NCBI RefSeq assembly: GCF_006345805.1
Contig: NW_021836235.1
Span: 1-25,073 of the forward strand
Reading direction: 5' to 3'
Origin: Octopus sinensis
Lineage: Eukaryota
Length of the DNA stretch: 25,073 bases
Shown here piece after piece: positions 10,040 through 19,505 of the stretch; positions within the stretch are counted from its first letter, which is position 1; every line of letters begins with the position of its first letter. The notes beneath the pieces were generated by a model. That model was not told where the DNA came from. It did not search any database and saw only the letters and a list, made by a program, of their open reading frames with translations. Position numbers and translations under genes: made by a program.

Positions 10040-10770
10040 CTTGCTGCAGGTTTATGTATTTTCACTGGGATCAATGTTGTTGCTTTGCGTTTGCATTGTG
10101 TCACATTCTATTGGCATTCTGTGTATTTTGCTGGAGTTATTGGATCATGTTATTGCATTCTGTAAGCTTTGTCACCATTATCTGGCACTCCGTTGCACTT
10201 GATTGCAACCGTCTGGATTTTATCAGTATTGGTTGATCATGTTGCATTTTGCGAACGAATGCACATTGCAGTTGCAATTGTTGCTGTTGTTGTTGTTGTT
10301 ATTGTCTATTGCACATTTTAAGGCTGTCTGTGCACTTCATTAGTGTTTATGAATTTTATTGCATTTTCTAAATTTTATTGCCATTTCTTGCATATTGTGC
10401 ATTTTAATGCATTTTGTGCATTTCATTAGCGCTTTTTATCCCACTCTATCGATTTTGTTGCTATTTTTTCTTGTATACTATACTGTGCATTTTAACGCAA
10501 TTCAATGCATTTATTGCATTCTTCAGATTGTTGCAATTTTGTTTATTGCTGCATTTTGTTAATATTTTTTCTTTGACTTTTGTGTTTTTTAATGGAGTGC
10601 AATGTTTTAGTGCATGTTGCATTCTGTAAATTTTTGTTGCAGATTTGTTGACTATTACAAATTTAATGCATTCAGTGCCTGCAGAATATTATACGGATTG
10701 TTGCATTTTTGATGACTATTGTAAAATTTAATGCATTCTAAGCACGTTGGTGCATTTCGTTGCATTCTAT
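10040..10770. repeat. Cryptic TGCA/TGCATT-rich degenerate repeat region
   Basis: About 30 TGCA words by hand count in ~730 bp; T-rich + strand; partial direct repeat GACTATT..AAATTTAATGCATTC at ~10650 and ~10714. Confidence 0.75.
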
Positions 10771-10774
10771 GGAT

Positions 10775-11045
10775 ATTGCTGTTTAGCCTCGGGTCAACGC
10801 TGACAGAGCAGGTATTTCATACAATCCTTTCATCTGTAGATGCATGGGACAAAACCTGAAGTTTTGTAGCAAGGGGTTGGATGATTATATTTGACCCCAG
10901 TACTTAACTGGTATTTATTTTGTTGGCCCTGAAAGAATGAAAGGCGAAGTTGACCTCAGCAAAATTTGAACTCAGAGCATAAAGACGGATGAAATGCCAC
11001 TAAGCCTTTTGCCCAGCATGCTAACAATTCAGCAAGCTCAATGCC

Positions 11046-11046
<1 letters not shown>
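10775..11046 (-). mobile_element. SINE family 2 (tRNA-like head + conserved central domain), tail type A, diverged
   Basis: Aligns with 15613-15830 and 16963-17125 over GACCCCAGT..GTA(C/T)TTA..GAAAG..TGAAAGGC.AAGT.GACC...AATTTGAACTCAGA. Confidence 0.8.
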
Positions 11047-11091
<45 letters not shown>

Positions 11092-11095
11092 TAAC

Positions 11096-11129
<34 letters not shown>
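11047..11129. repeat. (TAA)n microsatellite, 5' flank of the RLE LINE
   Basis: Near-perfect TAA run. Confidence 0.95.
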
Positions 11130-11237
11130 TTTAAGACACCGGGGACGTTTAAGACACCGGGGACGTTTAAGACACCGGGGACATTTAAGAGGAAGACACC
11201 GGGGACGTTTAAGAGAAGACACCGGGGACGTTTAAGA
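11130..11237 (+). repeat. 5'-terminal tandem array of an 18-bp unit TTTAAGACACCGGGGACG (5 copies)
   Basis: Units at 11130, 11148 and 11166, then two with short GA-rich spacers (11184-11207, 11208-11230). Confidence 0.95.
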
Positions 11238-11696
11238 TGTAAGAAGGAAAATACAGAGCTCCGAAATCTATCCACAAACATCGAAAACAAGGACACTCTA
11301 TGGAGCCAAAGATTTACTAACAAAGAATTGGACTATATCCGAGTAAGTAATACGAATTGAAATTTATTACTATTTTCGAAAAACAATGATGTATTTTGAC
11401 TTGATATTATCTCCACCTCTAACACAACACATGTAAACATGCGTGGAACAACACGATCATCCCCGACCTCAAACACCATGTACAAGGAACTACGAAGAAA
11501 TAAATGCCACCGATACTATTACCCTAGAATAACAATCGAGCGGTACGTACATTAAACCTACAACAAAAAATGTACGAAAAACTACACGTGCGCGAATATG
11601 TGACAACAGAAATAAACGGACGGTACCCTACGAAAATGACGACCGTCAAAATAATGGCCGGACGTTGTACCTCATGTCCCGCAATTAAACCCCAAA

Positions 11697-14600
11697 AGAC
11701 GTAAATGGACACGTGAGGAATACATTTCTATCTTACACGCATACTTCACAGCAATGCTCTACCCACAAAATGAAATACAACAACACATACATATAAAATG
11801 GAAGGAAAATAATAGAGATATAGACTTGGATACAGCAATGAACCCTAATTAATTAGCTAACGTACGAAGATACATTCTCAAGCCCAAAAAAATATCAGAA
11901 AAGAAATAGAACATTTAAAAGAAAAATACACCAGGAAAATGTAGATAGAAGCCACACAACAATGCCCAATAATATAAACACTGAAACTGTAAAACACGAG
12001 ACAAACGCAACATTCCCAACAAACACGATGTAAACAACGAAGGGGAGCCTAATGATATGATAATATAAAAAATAAAATAATCAAAGAACTAAAAACCACA
12101 GAGCTCAAAATGGACCAACGACCATACCTCCCAAGAATAAAATAAACGCAAAAACAACACACAATTATAAACAACATAAACCTAGCCGTCACTGAACTAG
12201 CCACTGAACAAAAAAAAGTGATATCACTGAACTAAATGACTTGATATACGCAGCAGCCACTGCAGCCACAAAAGAAGCTGGATACTCACCCAAACCCGCC
12301 CAAACAGGAGTACCACCACCCAAACAAACCCTGTGGATAAATAACATCCAAAACAAAATTTAAAAAATTAGAAAAGACCTGTCGATTCTTAATGAAATCA
12401 GCAAACAAGCAACGCTACTGAGCAACAAAAAGAGAACAAAAATACTCCGCAAATATAACATCACAGAAAAAGATTTGCCGGAGATAAAAGAAAAGCTGAA
12501 GCAAGATATCCTTGCCAAGCTCAAAGGATCCGCCGGTACGAGAAACGCCAACGCTTCTTTGAACAGAACAAAAAGTTCAACTCCGACCCCAAAAAGTTCT
12601 ACCAAGAACTGGGCAAAAATAAAATAGAAGTCACTGCAGCACCAACGGCAGAAGAATTGGAAGAATTCTGGAAAGAAATATGGTCGGCGAATGAACAGCC
12701 AAAAAAAAGGAGTATGAAAATAACAAACTCGGCATCTCTGAACAACTTTGGACCCCCATAACAACTGAAGAGGTCACCCAGGCACTGCAAAAACTAAGCA
12801 ACTGGAAGGCACCTGGGCATGACAAGATCCCCAACTTCTGGTTGAAATATCTAACAGGAATGCACAAAAAGCTGGCTGAAAACTTTAACAGCATACTAGC
12901 AGAGCCAGAGACAATGCCTGAATGGCTCACGAAGGGGAAAACCATCTTAATTCCCAAATCAAATGAAACAAACAAACCAGAAAAATACAGACCAATAACC
13001 TGCCTCCCTACTATGTTCAAGGCATTTACTGCAGTGATATCGCAAAGGCTGAACAAGCACCTGGACGAAAACAAACTGTTCCCAGAAGAGCAGAAAGGAT
13101 GCCGCAAGGGCTCATATGGCTGTAAAGATCAACTAATGATTAATAAAGCCGTAACTGAAGACAGCCACAGAAAGAAGAAAGGCCTCAGTATGGCCTGGAT
13201 TGACTACAAAAAGGCGTTTGATAGCATCCCCCACACATGGATCCTCGAAACACTAGCCATTAACAAAGTAGCACCAACAATCATAAATTCATAGAGCACT
13301 CTATGAATAAATGGCAAACAGTCCTACACCTCCAAACAAAAAGAGGACTCATGAAAACCAAAGACATCCCCATTAGAAGAGGAATATTCCAGGGAGACAC
13401 GCTCTCTCCACTCCTTTTCTGCTTGGCACTGTCACCTCTATCTGATATGCTAAATAGAACTGAATACGGATATAAATTACGGCAAAACGATCAGCCACCT
13501 TTTATATATGGATGACCTAAAACTATACGCTGCAAATGACAAACAGCTGGAAACACTATTAAAGACAGTTCATGGATTTACCAAAGAAATAGATATGAAA
13601 TTTGGATTAGAAAAATGCGCCAAAGTAACCATGAAAAGAGGAAAACTAGTTAAGAGTAACAACATCACACTAGATAAAACCAATGAAATAAAAGAATTAG
13701 ACCAAAGCCAAACTTACAAATACTTAGGAATCCATGAACTAGATAAGACACAAACACACAAATGAAAGAGAAAATAAAAAAAAGAATATTATAGACGAGT
13801 TAGATCAATACTAAAAACAGAGCTCAATGCTAAAAACAAGATAATAGGTATCAACACTTTAGCTGTCCCAGTTATAAGTTACAGCTACAATATCCTTAAC
13901 TGGACACGAAATGAACTGTCCAAAATAGATAGGAAAACAAGAAAATACTGACAGGATCTAGGATGCATCACCCAAATCTGACACAGAAAGACTATATATA
14001 CAACGTATAGAAGGTGGTAGAGGCCTTATACAGCTGGAAAACTACTATAAAATAACCACCATAGGACTGCAAAAATACCTACTTCAGAAGGAAGGAAAAC
14101 TGATCCAGATAGCAGCAAAACACGAGCAAAACAAAAACTGTTCTCAGTATTTAAGGAAGCTGACAATACAAACAAGAAATCATACACCTAAAAAAACAGA
14201 AAGAAGAAGAAGATGATGAAGAAACAACAAAAGCTATAAACAAATGATCCAAACTAAAAATAGAACAGCAACGAGCCATGATAAAACGATGGCAAGAAAG
14301 CCCCTTCATGGTAAATACTGCACTAAACTAAACGCAAAAGAAATAGACAAAGAAAAATCCCAGCAATGGTTGAGAAGCTCAGGACTCAAAGCAGAAACAG
14401 AGGGATTTTTATTGCAGCACAAGACCAAAGCCTCCCCACCAGAAATTACCAAAAACATGTAATGAAAAGAATATTACAAGTAACTGCAGAATATGTGGAG
14501 ATGGACAAGAAACAATAAATCATATTATCTCTAGCTGCCAGTCCCCGTCCTGGCTAAGAAGGAATATATTCACAGACATGACAGAGTTGGAACCTACATA

Positions 14601-15059
14601 CATTGGAAGCTATGCCAACATTATGGAATAACAACAGAAAAAAGATGGTATAGGCACACACCAGAAAAGGTCACAGAAAACGAGAAAGCAACCATACTCT
14701 GGGATATGCCGATACACACAGATAGAGAAATTAAGGCCAACAGACCAGATATAGTTGTCAGAGATCATGAAGAAAAAAAATGCTTTCTAATTGATGTATC
14801 AATACCGGCAGATGACAACGTGTCTCTAAAAGAAATGGAGAAACTCTCAAAATACAAAGACCTGGAAATAGAGGTAACTAGAATGTGGAACCTGAAAACA
14901 GAAACAATTCCTATCATAGTAGGTGCATTAGGCATGATAAAAAAATATTCAGACAAATACATAACAAAAACACCAGGACTTACAAACACATACAACATAC
15001 AGAAAATTGCACTACTAGGCACTGCACACATCCTACGCAGAACACTTTCCATACAGTAA
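11697..15059 (+). pseudogene. RLE LINE ORF (N-terminal basic/Myb-like motif, RT, CCHC knuckle, restriction-like endonuclease); frameshifted; true start uncertain
   Basis: RRKWTREEY at 11697. RT motifs YRPITCL, EQKGCRKG, AWIDYKKAFDSIPH, GIFQGDTLSPLLF, YMDD (13505-13516), YKYLG. CRICGDGQETINHIISSC (14485-14538). RHD, RPDIVV, IDVSIP, EKLSKYKDL; stop at 15057-15059. Confidence 0.93.
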
Positions 15060-15153
15060 CCATCAGAGCATCACAACAAATCACAGCACATACCCAAGGC
15101 ACACAGAGCTGCGCTCGGTAGTGAAGTGAAAGCACGCTATAAAAATAAAACTA

Positions 15154-15197
<44 letters not shown>

Positions 15198-15226
15198 TAA
15201 TAATAATAATAACAATAACAATAACA

Positions 15227-15589
15227 AGGCGCAGGAGTGGCTGTGTGGTAAGTAGCTTGCTTACCAACCACATGGTTCCGGGTTCAGCCTTGGGCCGACC
15301 AAAGCCTTGAGAGTGGATTTGGTAGACGGAAACTGAAAGAAGCCCGTCGTATATATGTATATATGTATATATATGTGTGCGTGTATGTTTGTGTGTCTGT
15401 GTTTGTCCCCCTAGCATTGCTTGACAACCGATGCTGGTGTGTTTATGTCCCCGTCACTTAGTGGTTCGGCAAAAGAGACCAATAGAATAAGTACTGGGCT
15501 TACAAAGAATAAGTCCCGGAGTCGAGATGCTCGATTAAAGGCAGTGCTCCAGCAGTCAAATAACTGAAACAAGTAAAAGAGTAAAGAGT
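15227..15589 (+). mobile_element. SINE family 1 (head + CORE-like domain + internal microsatellite + 3' module), with an internal deletion
   Basis: GGCGCAGGAGTGGCTGTGTGGTAAG head and tail GAAACAAGTAAAAGAGTAAAGAGT; lacks the CCCACTGCGTGGCACC..CTATAG segment seen in other copies. Confidence 0.92.
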
Positions 15590-15612
15590 AATAATAATAA
15601 TAATAATAATAA

Positions 15613-15830
15613 ATTTCTTTACTACCCACAAGGGGCTAAACACAGAGAGGACAAACGGATGAAGTCGATTATATTGACCCCAGTGCATAACTAGTACTTA
15701 TTTAATCGACCCCGAAAGGATAAAAGGCAAAGTCGACCTTGGCGGAATTTGAACTCAGAACATAGCAGCAGACGAAATACTGCTAAGCATTTCAGCCAGC
15801 GTGCTAACGATTCTGCCAGCCCGCCGCCTT
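15613..15830 (-). mobile_element. SINE family 2, tail type B
   Basis: The minus strand begins AAGGCGGCGGGCTGGCAGAATCGTTAGCAC (A-box-like), has B-box-like GAGTTCAAATTCC and core TCCTTTCGGGGTCGAT..AAGTAC, and lies between TAA tracts. Confidence 0.88.
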
Positions 15831-15905
15831 ACAATAATAATAATAATAATAATAGTAATAATAATACTAATAATAACAAAAATCATCATCATCGTTATTG
15901 TTATT

Positions 15906-16097
15906 AGAAGACAGATGACTGAAGGAGATTGGAATAGAATGCCCTACAGAGATCCCACAGAAAGTTAGTCTCTTAGGGACAGCAAGGATTATCTGGAGGG
16001 TTCTAAGTATTTGAAAGGCTACAGAAAACTTGTGGATACCTAAGGTTACAGGTAGTAACCCACATAAATCATACTGATTGAACCCGAGTCAAACCAA

Positions 16098-16099
<2 letters not shown>
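15906..16099 (+). mobile_element. Short 3' fragment of a second RLE LINE family, ending in (TAA)n
   Basis: LKEIGIECPTEIPQKVSLLGTARIIWRVLSI* (15919-16014) is homologous to the C-terminus QKIALLGTAHILRRTLSIQ* of the full element. Confidence 0.8.
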
Positions 16100-16146
<47 letters not shown>

Positions 16147-16194
16147 TAATAATATATTATAATATAATAATAATATAATAATAATAATAATAAT

Positions 16195-16938
16195 AAAGAC
16201 CCAAAATGCCGATTCTGCAATGACATGATTGAAACAGTGGACCACCTAATCCCTGGATGTAAAGTCTTAGCACCAGTGGAGTATAAATTAAGACATGACA
16301 GAGTTGGCCAATATCTACACTGGCTAATAAGTCGGCATTACAATATCAAAACTGCCGACAAGTGGTATAATCACCACCCTGAAGCTGTAACTGAAGGAGA
16401 AAATGTAACGATTCTGTGGGACTTTCCAGTACATACAGACCGAACCATCAAAGCCAATAAACCAGATATTGTTGTGAAAGACCAAAACAATAAAGTTTGC
16501 TTATTGATCAACATGAGCATCCCCTGTGATCATAATATCTCGGCGAAAGAGTTTGACAAGCTCAGAAAATATAAAGACCTGCTCATTGAAATTGAGAAAA
16601 TGTGGCATCTCAAGGCGGTTACAATACCAATGATCGTAGGAGCACTAGGAATGATCAAGAAGGGAACCGAAAATTATATGAGAATGATCCCTTACTTACC
16701 ATCCCTGCAAGAAGTGCAAAAGATTGTCTTAACTTGTACATCATACGTATTGAGAAGAGCATTGTCGATGTGAGAACTATTACTACCCATGTATTTTAAT
16801 TTAACTTAAAAAAAAATGAACGAACTAGTGAGTTTAGTTTAATGGCCTACCAATGTATACTATGAGTTTCTTTGCCCTAGGAGTCGGGAAGACACTTGGC
16901 AAGAAATGGAAGCAAATTTGAAAGAAGAAAAAAAAAAG
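16195..16938 (+). mobile_element. 5'-truncated third RLE LINE family (CCHC + RLE domain intact in frame) between TAA tracts
   Basis: CRFCNDMIETVDHLIPGC, RHDRVG, KPDIVV, EFDKLRKYKDL; stop at 16771-16773; distinct 3' UTR ending in an A-rich run and TAA. Confidence 0.92.
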
Positions 16939-16962
16939 ATAATAGTAATAATAATAATAATA

Positions 16963-17125
16963 ACGGTTTCAAATTTTGCCACAAGAGCAGCTATTTTGGG
17001 GGAGGGGCTGTGTCGGTTACATTGACCTCAGTATTCAACTGGTACTTAATTTATTGACCTGAGAGGATCAAAGGTAAAGTCAATCTCGACGGAATTTGAA
17101 CTCAGAACATAGCAGCAGACGAAAT
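16963..17125 (-). mobile_element. SINE family 2, tail type C, 5' head truncated
   Basis: Same core as 15613-15830; fused at GACGAAAT directly to RT-coding sequence. Confidence 0.82.
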
Positions 17126-17718
17126 GGAGGCTGAGGGAACAACTTCAAGATTGCCTTAATGGAGGAATAATTACCAAATTGGATGACTAGATGGAGGATA
17201 ATACTTGTTATGATAGATAAGAGCAAAGGTAATACAGCTAGCAACTATAGACCAATCAGTTGCTTACCATTAGTGTGGAAGCTGTTGACAGGAATGCTTT
17301 CAGAAAGCATTTACGAGCACCTTGACAACCAGAATTTACTGCTAGAAGAACAGAAAGGTTGCAGGAAGAAGGCTAGAGGAACGCATGACCCATTATACAT
17401 AGACAAAGCAGTTCTAAATGAAGTAAAAGCTAGAAAGAAAAATCAAACAATAGCATGGATAGATTATAGGAAACCCTATGACATGATCTCACGCTCATGG
17501 ATAAGTGGATGTTTGAGTATATTCAGTCTAACAGACAAGGTAAGAGAATTAATTAGCTTTAGCTTGGAGAGATAGAAAGTAGATCTCTACTCAGGTGATA
17601 CAGCCTTAGGGAGAATTAATATCAATAGAGGAATTTTTCAAGGGGTCTTGTTGTCCCCTTTAATATTTGTCTTATGATTGATCCCTCTCAGTTCTATATT
17701 TAAGAGATGAAGAATTAA

Positions 17719-17865
17719 GACAGAGAATACCACTGGAAAATACAAAAACTAAAAGAAGCAGCACATAGGCTAGGACACAACAACCTCCTAAGCAGACCAA
17801 GCGCAGATATGAACAGCATATCGGAACTGGTATTAAGGGAGGATAGGAGAATATTAGATTTATAA
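17719..17865 (+). pseudogene. C-terminal fragment of a Penelope-like element GIY-YIG endonuclease
   Basis: DREYHWKIQKLKEAAHRLGHNNLLSRPSADMNSISELVLREDRRILDL* resembles the D(R/K)E..W..R..KEA..I / SxPS.. C-terminus of PLE GIY-YIG domains. Recognised by eye; too short for the ORF track. Confidence 0.6.
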
Positions 17866-17895
17866 GCCCTAAAATTCACTCCATAATTGTCCACA

Positions 17896-17951
17896 GGTAT
17901 ATGGCGTAGTGGTTAAGAGCGGGGGGGGGGGCTACTAACCCCAAGGTTCTG
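17896..17951 (+). other. tRNA-like head: Pol III A box and anticodon-like arm, B box truncated
   Basis: TGGCGTAGTGG at 17902-17912; GGGG-CTACTAA-CCCC stem-loop at 17928-17942; GGTTC at 17945-17949 runs straight into (TAA)n. Confidence 0.7.
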
Positions 17952-17984
<33 letters not shown>

Positions 17985-18407
17985 GGTATAAAAGATGGGC
18001 TACAGCAAATATTTGCTTGTTAGTTGTTTGACCTTAACCAGTTGAGCATGTCCCTCATATGTGCATCTCTGATCATGAGCAGAAGTAGTGGGGGAGCATA
18101 GCCATGTGTTGAGAGGGATTCTTTGGGGTTTGAATAATTCACCTCTGGAAACATGGGTGGTTCTTTCAACATTATTCAGGGACCTTTTGAGCGGGATGGG
18201 CTACTCAACCTAAAGAAATTTCTAACTGGGCCCCACCTGCAAGGTCATGTGCTGTTTATCTTGATATGAGATCACCATGTCGCACACATATGGTTGTGAT
18301 GCATGTGCCTGGTGTACCCTTATCAGACGGGTAGTCATGATGGGTATATTGGGCTTCGTATATTTTACCCCAGTGTCACTTTGATGGCATGAACTGCTCT
18401 CTCACTC
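17985..18407. mobile_element. Unclassified ~420-bp segment inserted between TAA/TTA tracts
   Basis: More GC-rich, non-coding sequence bounded by microsatellite on both sides, separating the tRNA-like head from the hammerhead segment. Only one copy in the window. Confidence 0.45.
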
Positions 18408-18467
18408 AATAATAATAACATCAAAAAATACCTTGGGAATGAGAATCAAGGTTTAAAATTTCCCCAA

Positions 18468-18513
18468 GACACCTGATGAAGGATTGAGGCTATATCAGCC
18501 GAAACGTTATGTT
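18468..18513 (+). ncRNA. Minimal type I hammerhead ribozyme motif, Penelope-associated type, degenerate copy
   Basis: GACAC-CTGATGA(18473-18479)-A-GGATTGA...TCAGCC-GAAA(18501-18504)-CGTT-ATGTT. The catalytic core is intact, with palindromic AACGTT in place of stem III. Stem I GACAC/ATGTT has one mismatch and stem II is imperfect. Confidence 0.7.
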
Positions 18514-18865
18514 AACAACAAACAAGATGAAGACAAATATCCGTCAAATGTAAATAATGATCCCTCTTAGTTTAGTATTAAGGAAGGCAAAGGCAGGGTA
18601 TCAGTTCAGAAATAGTAAGGGAAAAATTAACGATTTGCTTTGCATGGATGATCTGAAGCATTTTAGGAAGAATGAAAAAGAGTTAGATTCCTTAGTACTC
18701 ACTGTAAAATTCTTCAGCAAAGATATAGGTATGGAAGTTGGCAGAGGTAAGTATGCAATATTAGTCATGAGAAGGGAACAGGTAGTCAACAGCAAAGGTA
18801 TCCAATTACCAGATGACCAGATATTAAAATCATTGAAAGGCGGAGAGAGTTATAAGTATCTAGGC

Positions 18866-19196
18866 CAGTGGTTTTCAACCAGGGTTCCACGGAACCTTAG
18901 GGTTCCACCAGTACAGTGCAGGGGTTCCGCAAGAAGTTACAAAACTGCTAAAATCGGCAGTAATTTTTAATTCTCCTGTGCAGATATACTCTTTACTCTT
19001 TTACTTGTTTCAGTCATTTGACTGCGGCCATGCTGGAGCACCGCCTTTAGTCGAGCAAATCAACACCAGGACTTATTCTTTGTAAGCCCAGTACTTATTC
19101 TATCGGTTTCTTTTGCCAAACCGCTAAGTGACAGGGACGTAAACATACCAGCATCGGTTGTCAAGCAATGCTAGGGGGACAAACACAGACACACAA

Positions 19197-19233
<37 letters not shown>

Positions 19234-19505
19234 CATATATACGACAGGTTTCTTTCAGTTTCTGTCTACCAAATCCACTCACAAGGCATTGGTCGTCCCG
19301 GGGCTATAGTGGAAGACACTTGCCCAAGATGCCATGCAGTAGGACTGAACCCGGAACCATGTGGTTGTTTAGCAAGCTACTTACCACACAGCCACTCCTG
19401 CGCCTTATGTGTGCATAAGACTATTAAATTATTGCACAGGGGTTCCTCGAGCCAGTGGAATGTTTCCTTGGGGCTCGGCTCCAGCAAAAAGTTTGAAAAG
19501 CACTG
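18866..19505. mobile_element. hAT (Charlie-like) MITE with 15-bp TIRs and a perfect 8-bp TSD ATCTAGGC
   Basis: CAGTGGTTTTCAACC ... GTTTGAAAAGCACTG; ATCTAGGC at 18858-18865 and 19506-19513. Removing it restores YKYLG-ILES in the host RT. Confidence 0.93.
18988..19406 (-). mobile_element. SINE family 1, full length, nested in the hAT MITE
   Basis: Complete head-core-microsatellite-tail order on the minus strand. Confidence 0.93.

Larger units (their letters stand above)
11130..15156 (+). mobile_element. R4/Dong-type RLE non-LTR retrotransposon, apparently full length, inserted in (TAA)n
   Basis: Single ORF with RT, CCHC and PD-(D/E)xK endonuclease; short 3' UTR with AATAAA; TAA tracts on both sides (11047-11129, 15157-15226). 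Dong elements of the R4 clade are known to target TAA microsatellites. Confidence 0.9.

Noticed and set aside
11130-11237. CRISPR-like array
   Set aside because: Eukaryotic context, no unique spacers, no cas genes; it is a tandem repeat.
11343-11751. GTAAGT donor and TTCACAG acceptor suggesting an intron in the RLE LINE
   Set aside because: The acceptor lies inside the coding motif KWTREEYISILHAYFTAM, so splicing would delete a conserved-looking N-terminal motif.
12599-13107. Antisense ORFs within LINE coding regions (also 4009-4248, 6494-6811, 14765-15052)
   Set aside because: Shadows of the sense-strand codon structure.
17896-17951. Functional tRNA gene (also considered for the SINE heads at 15227, 22400 and 24599)
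   Set aside because: No complete cloverleaf or acceptor stem; the heads run into SINE cores or microsatellite.
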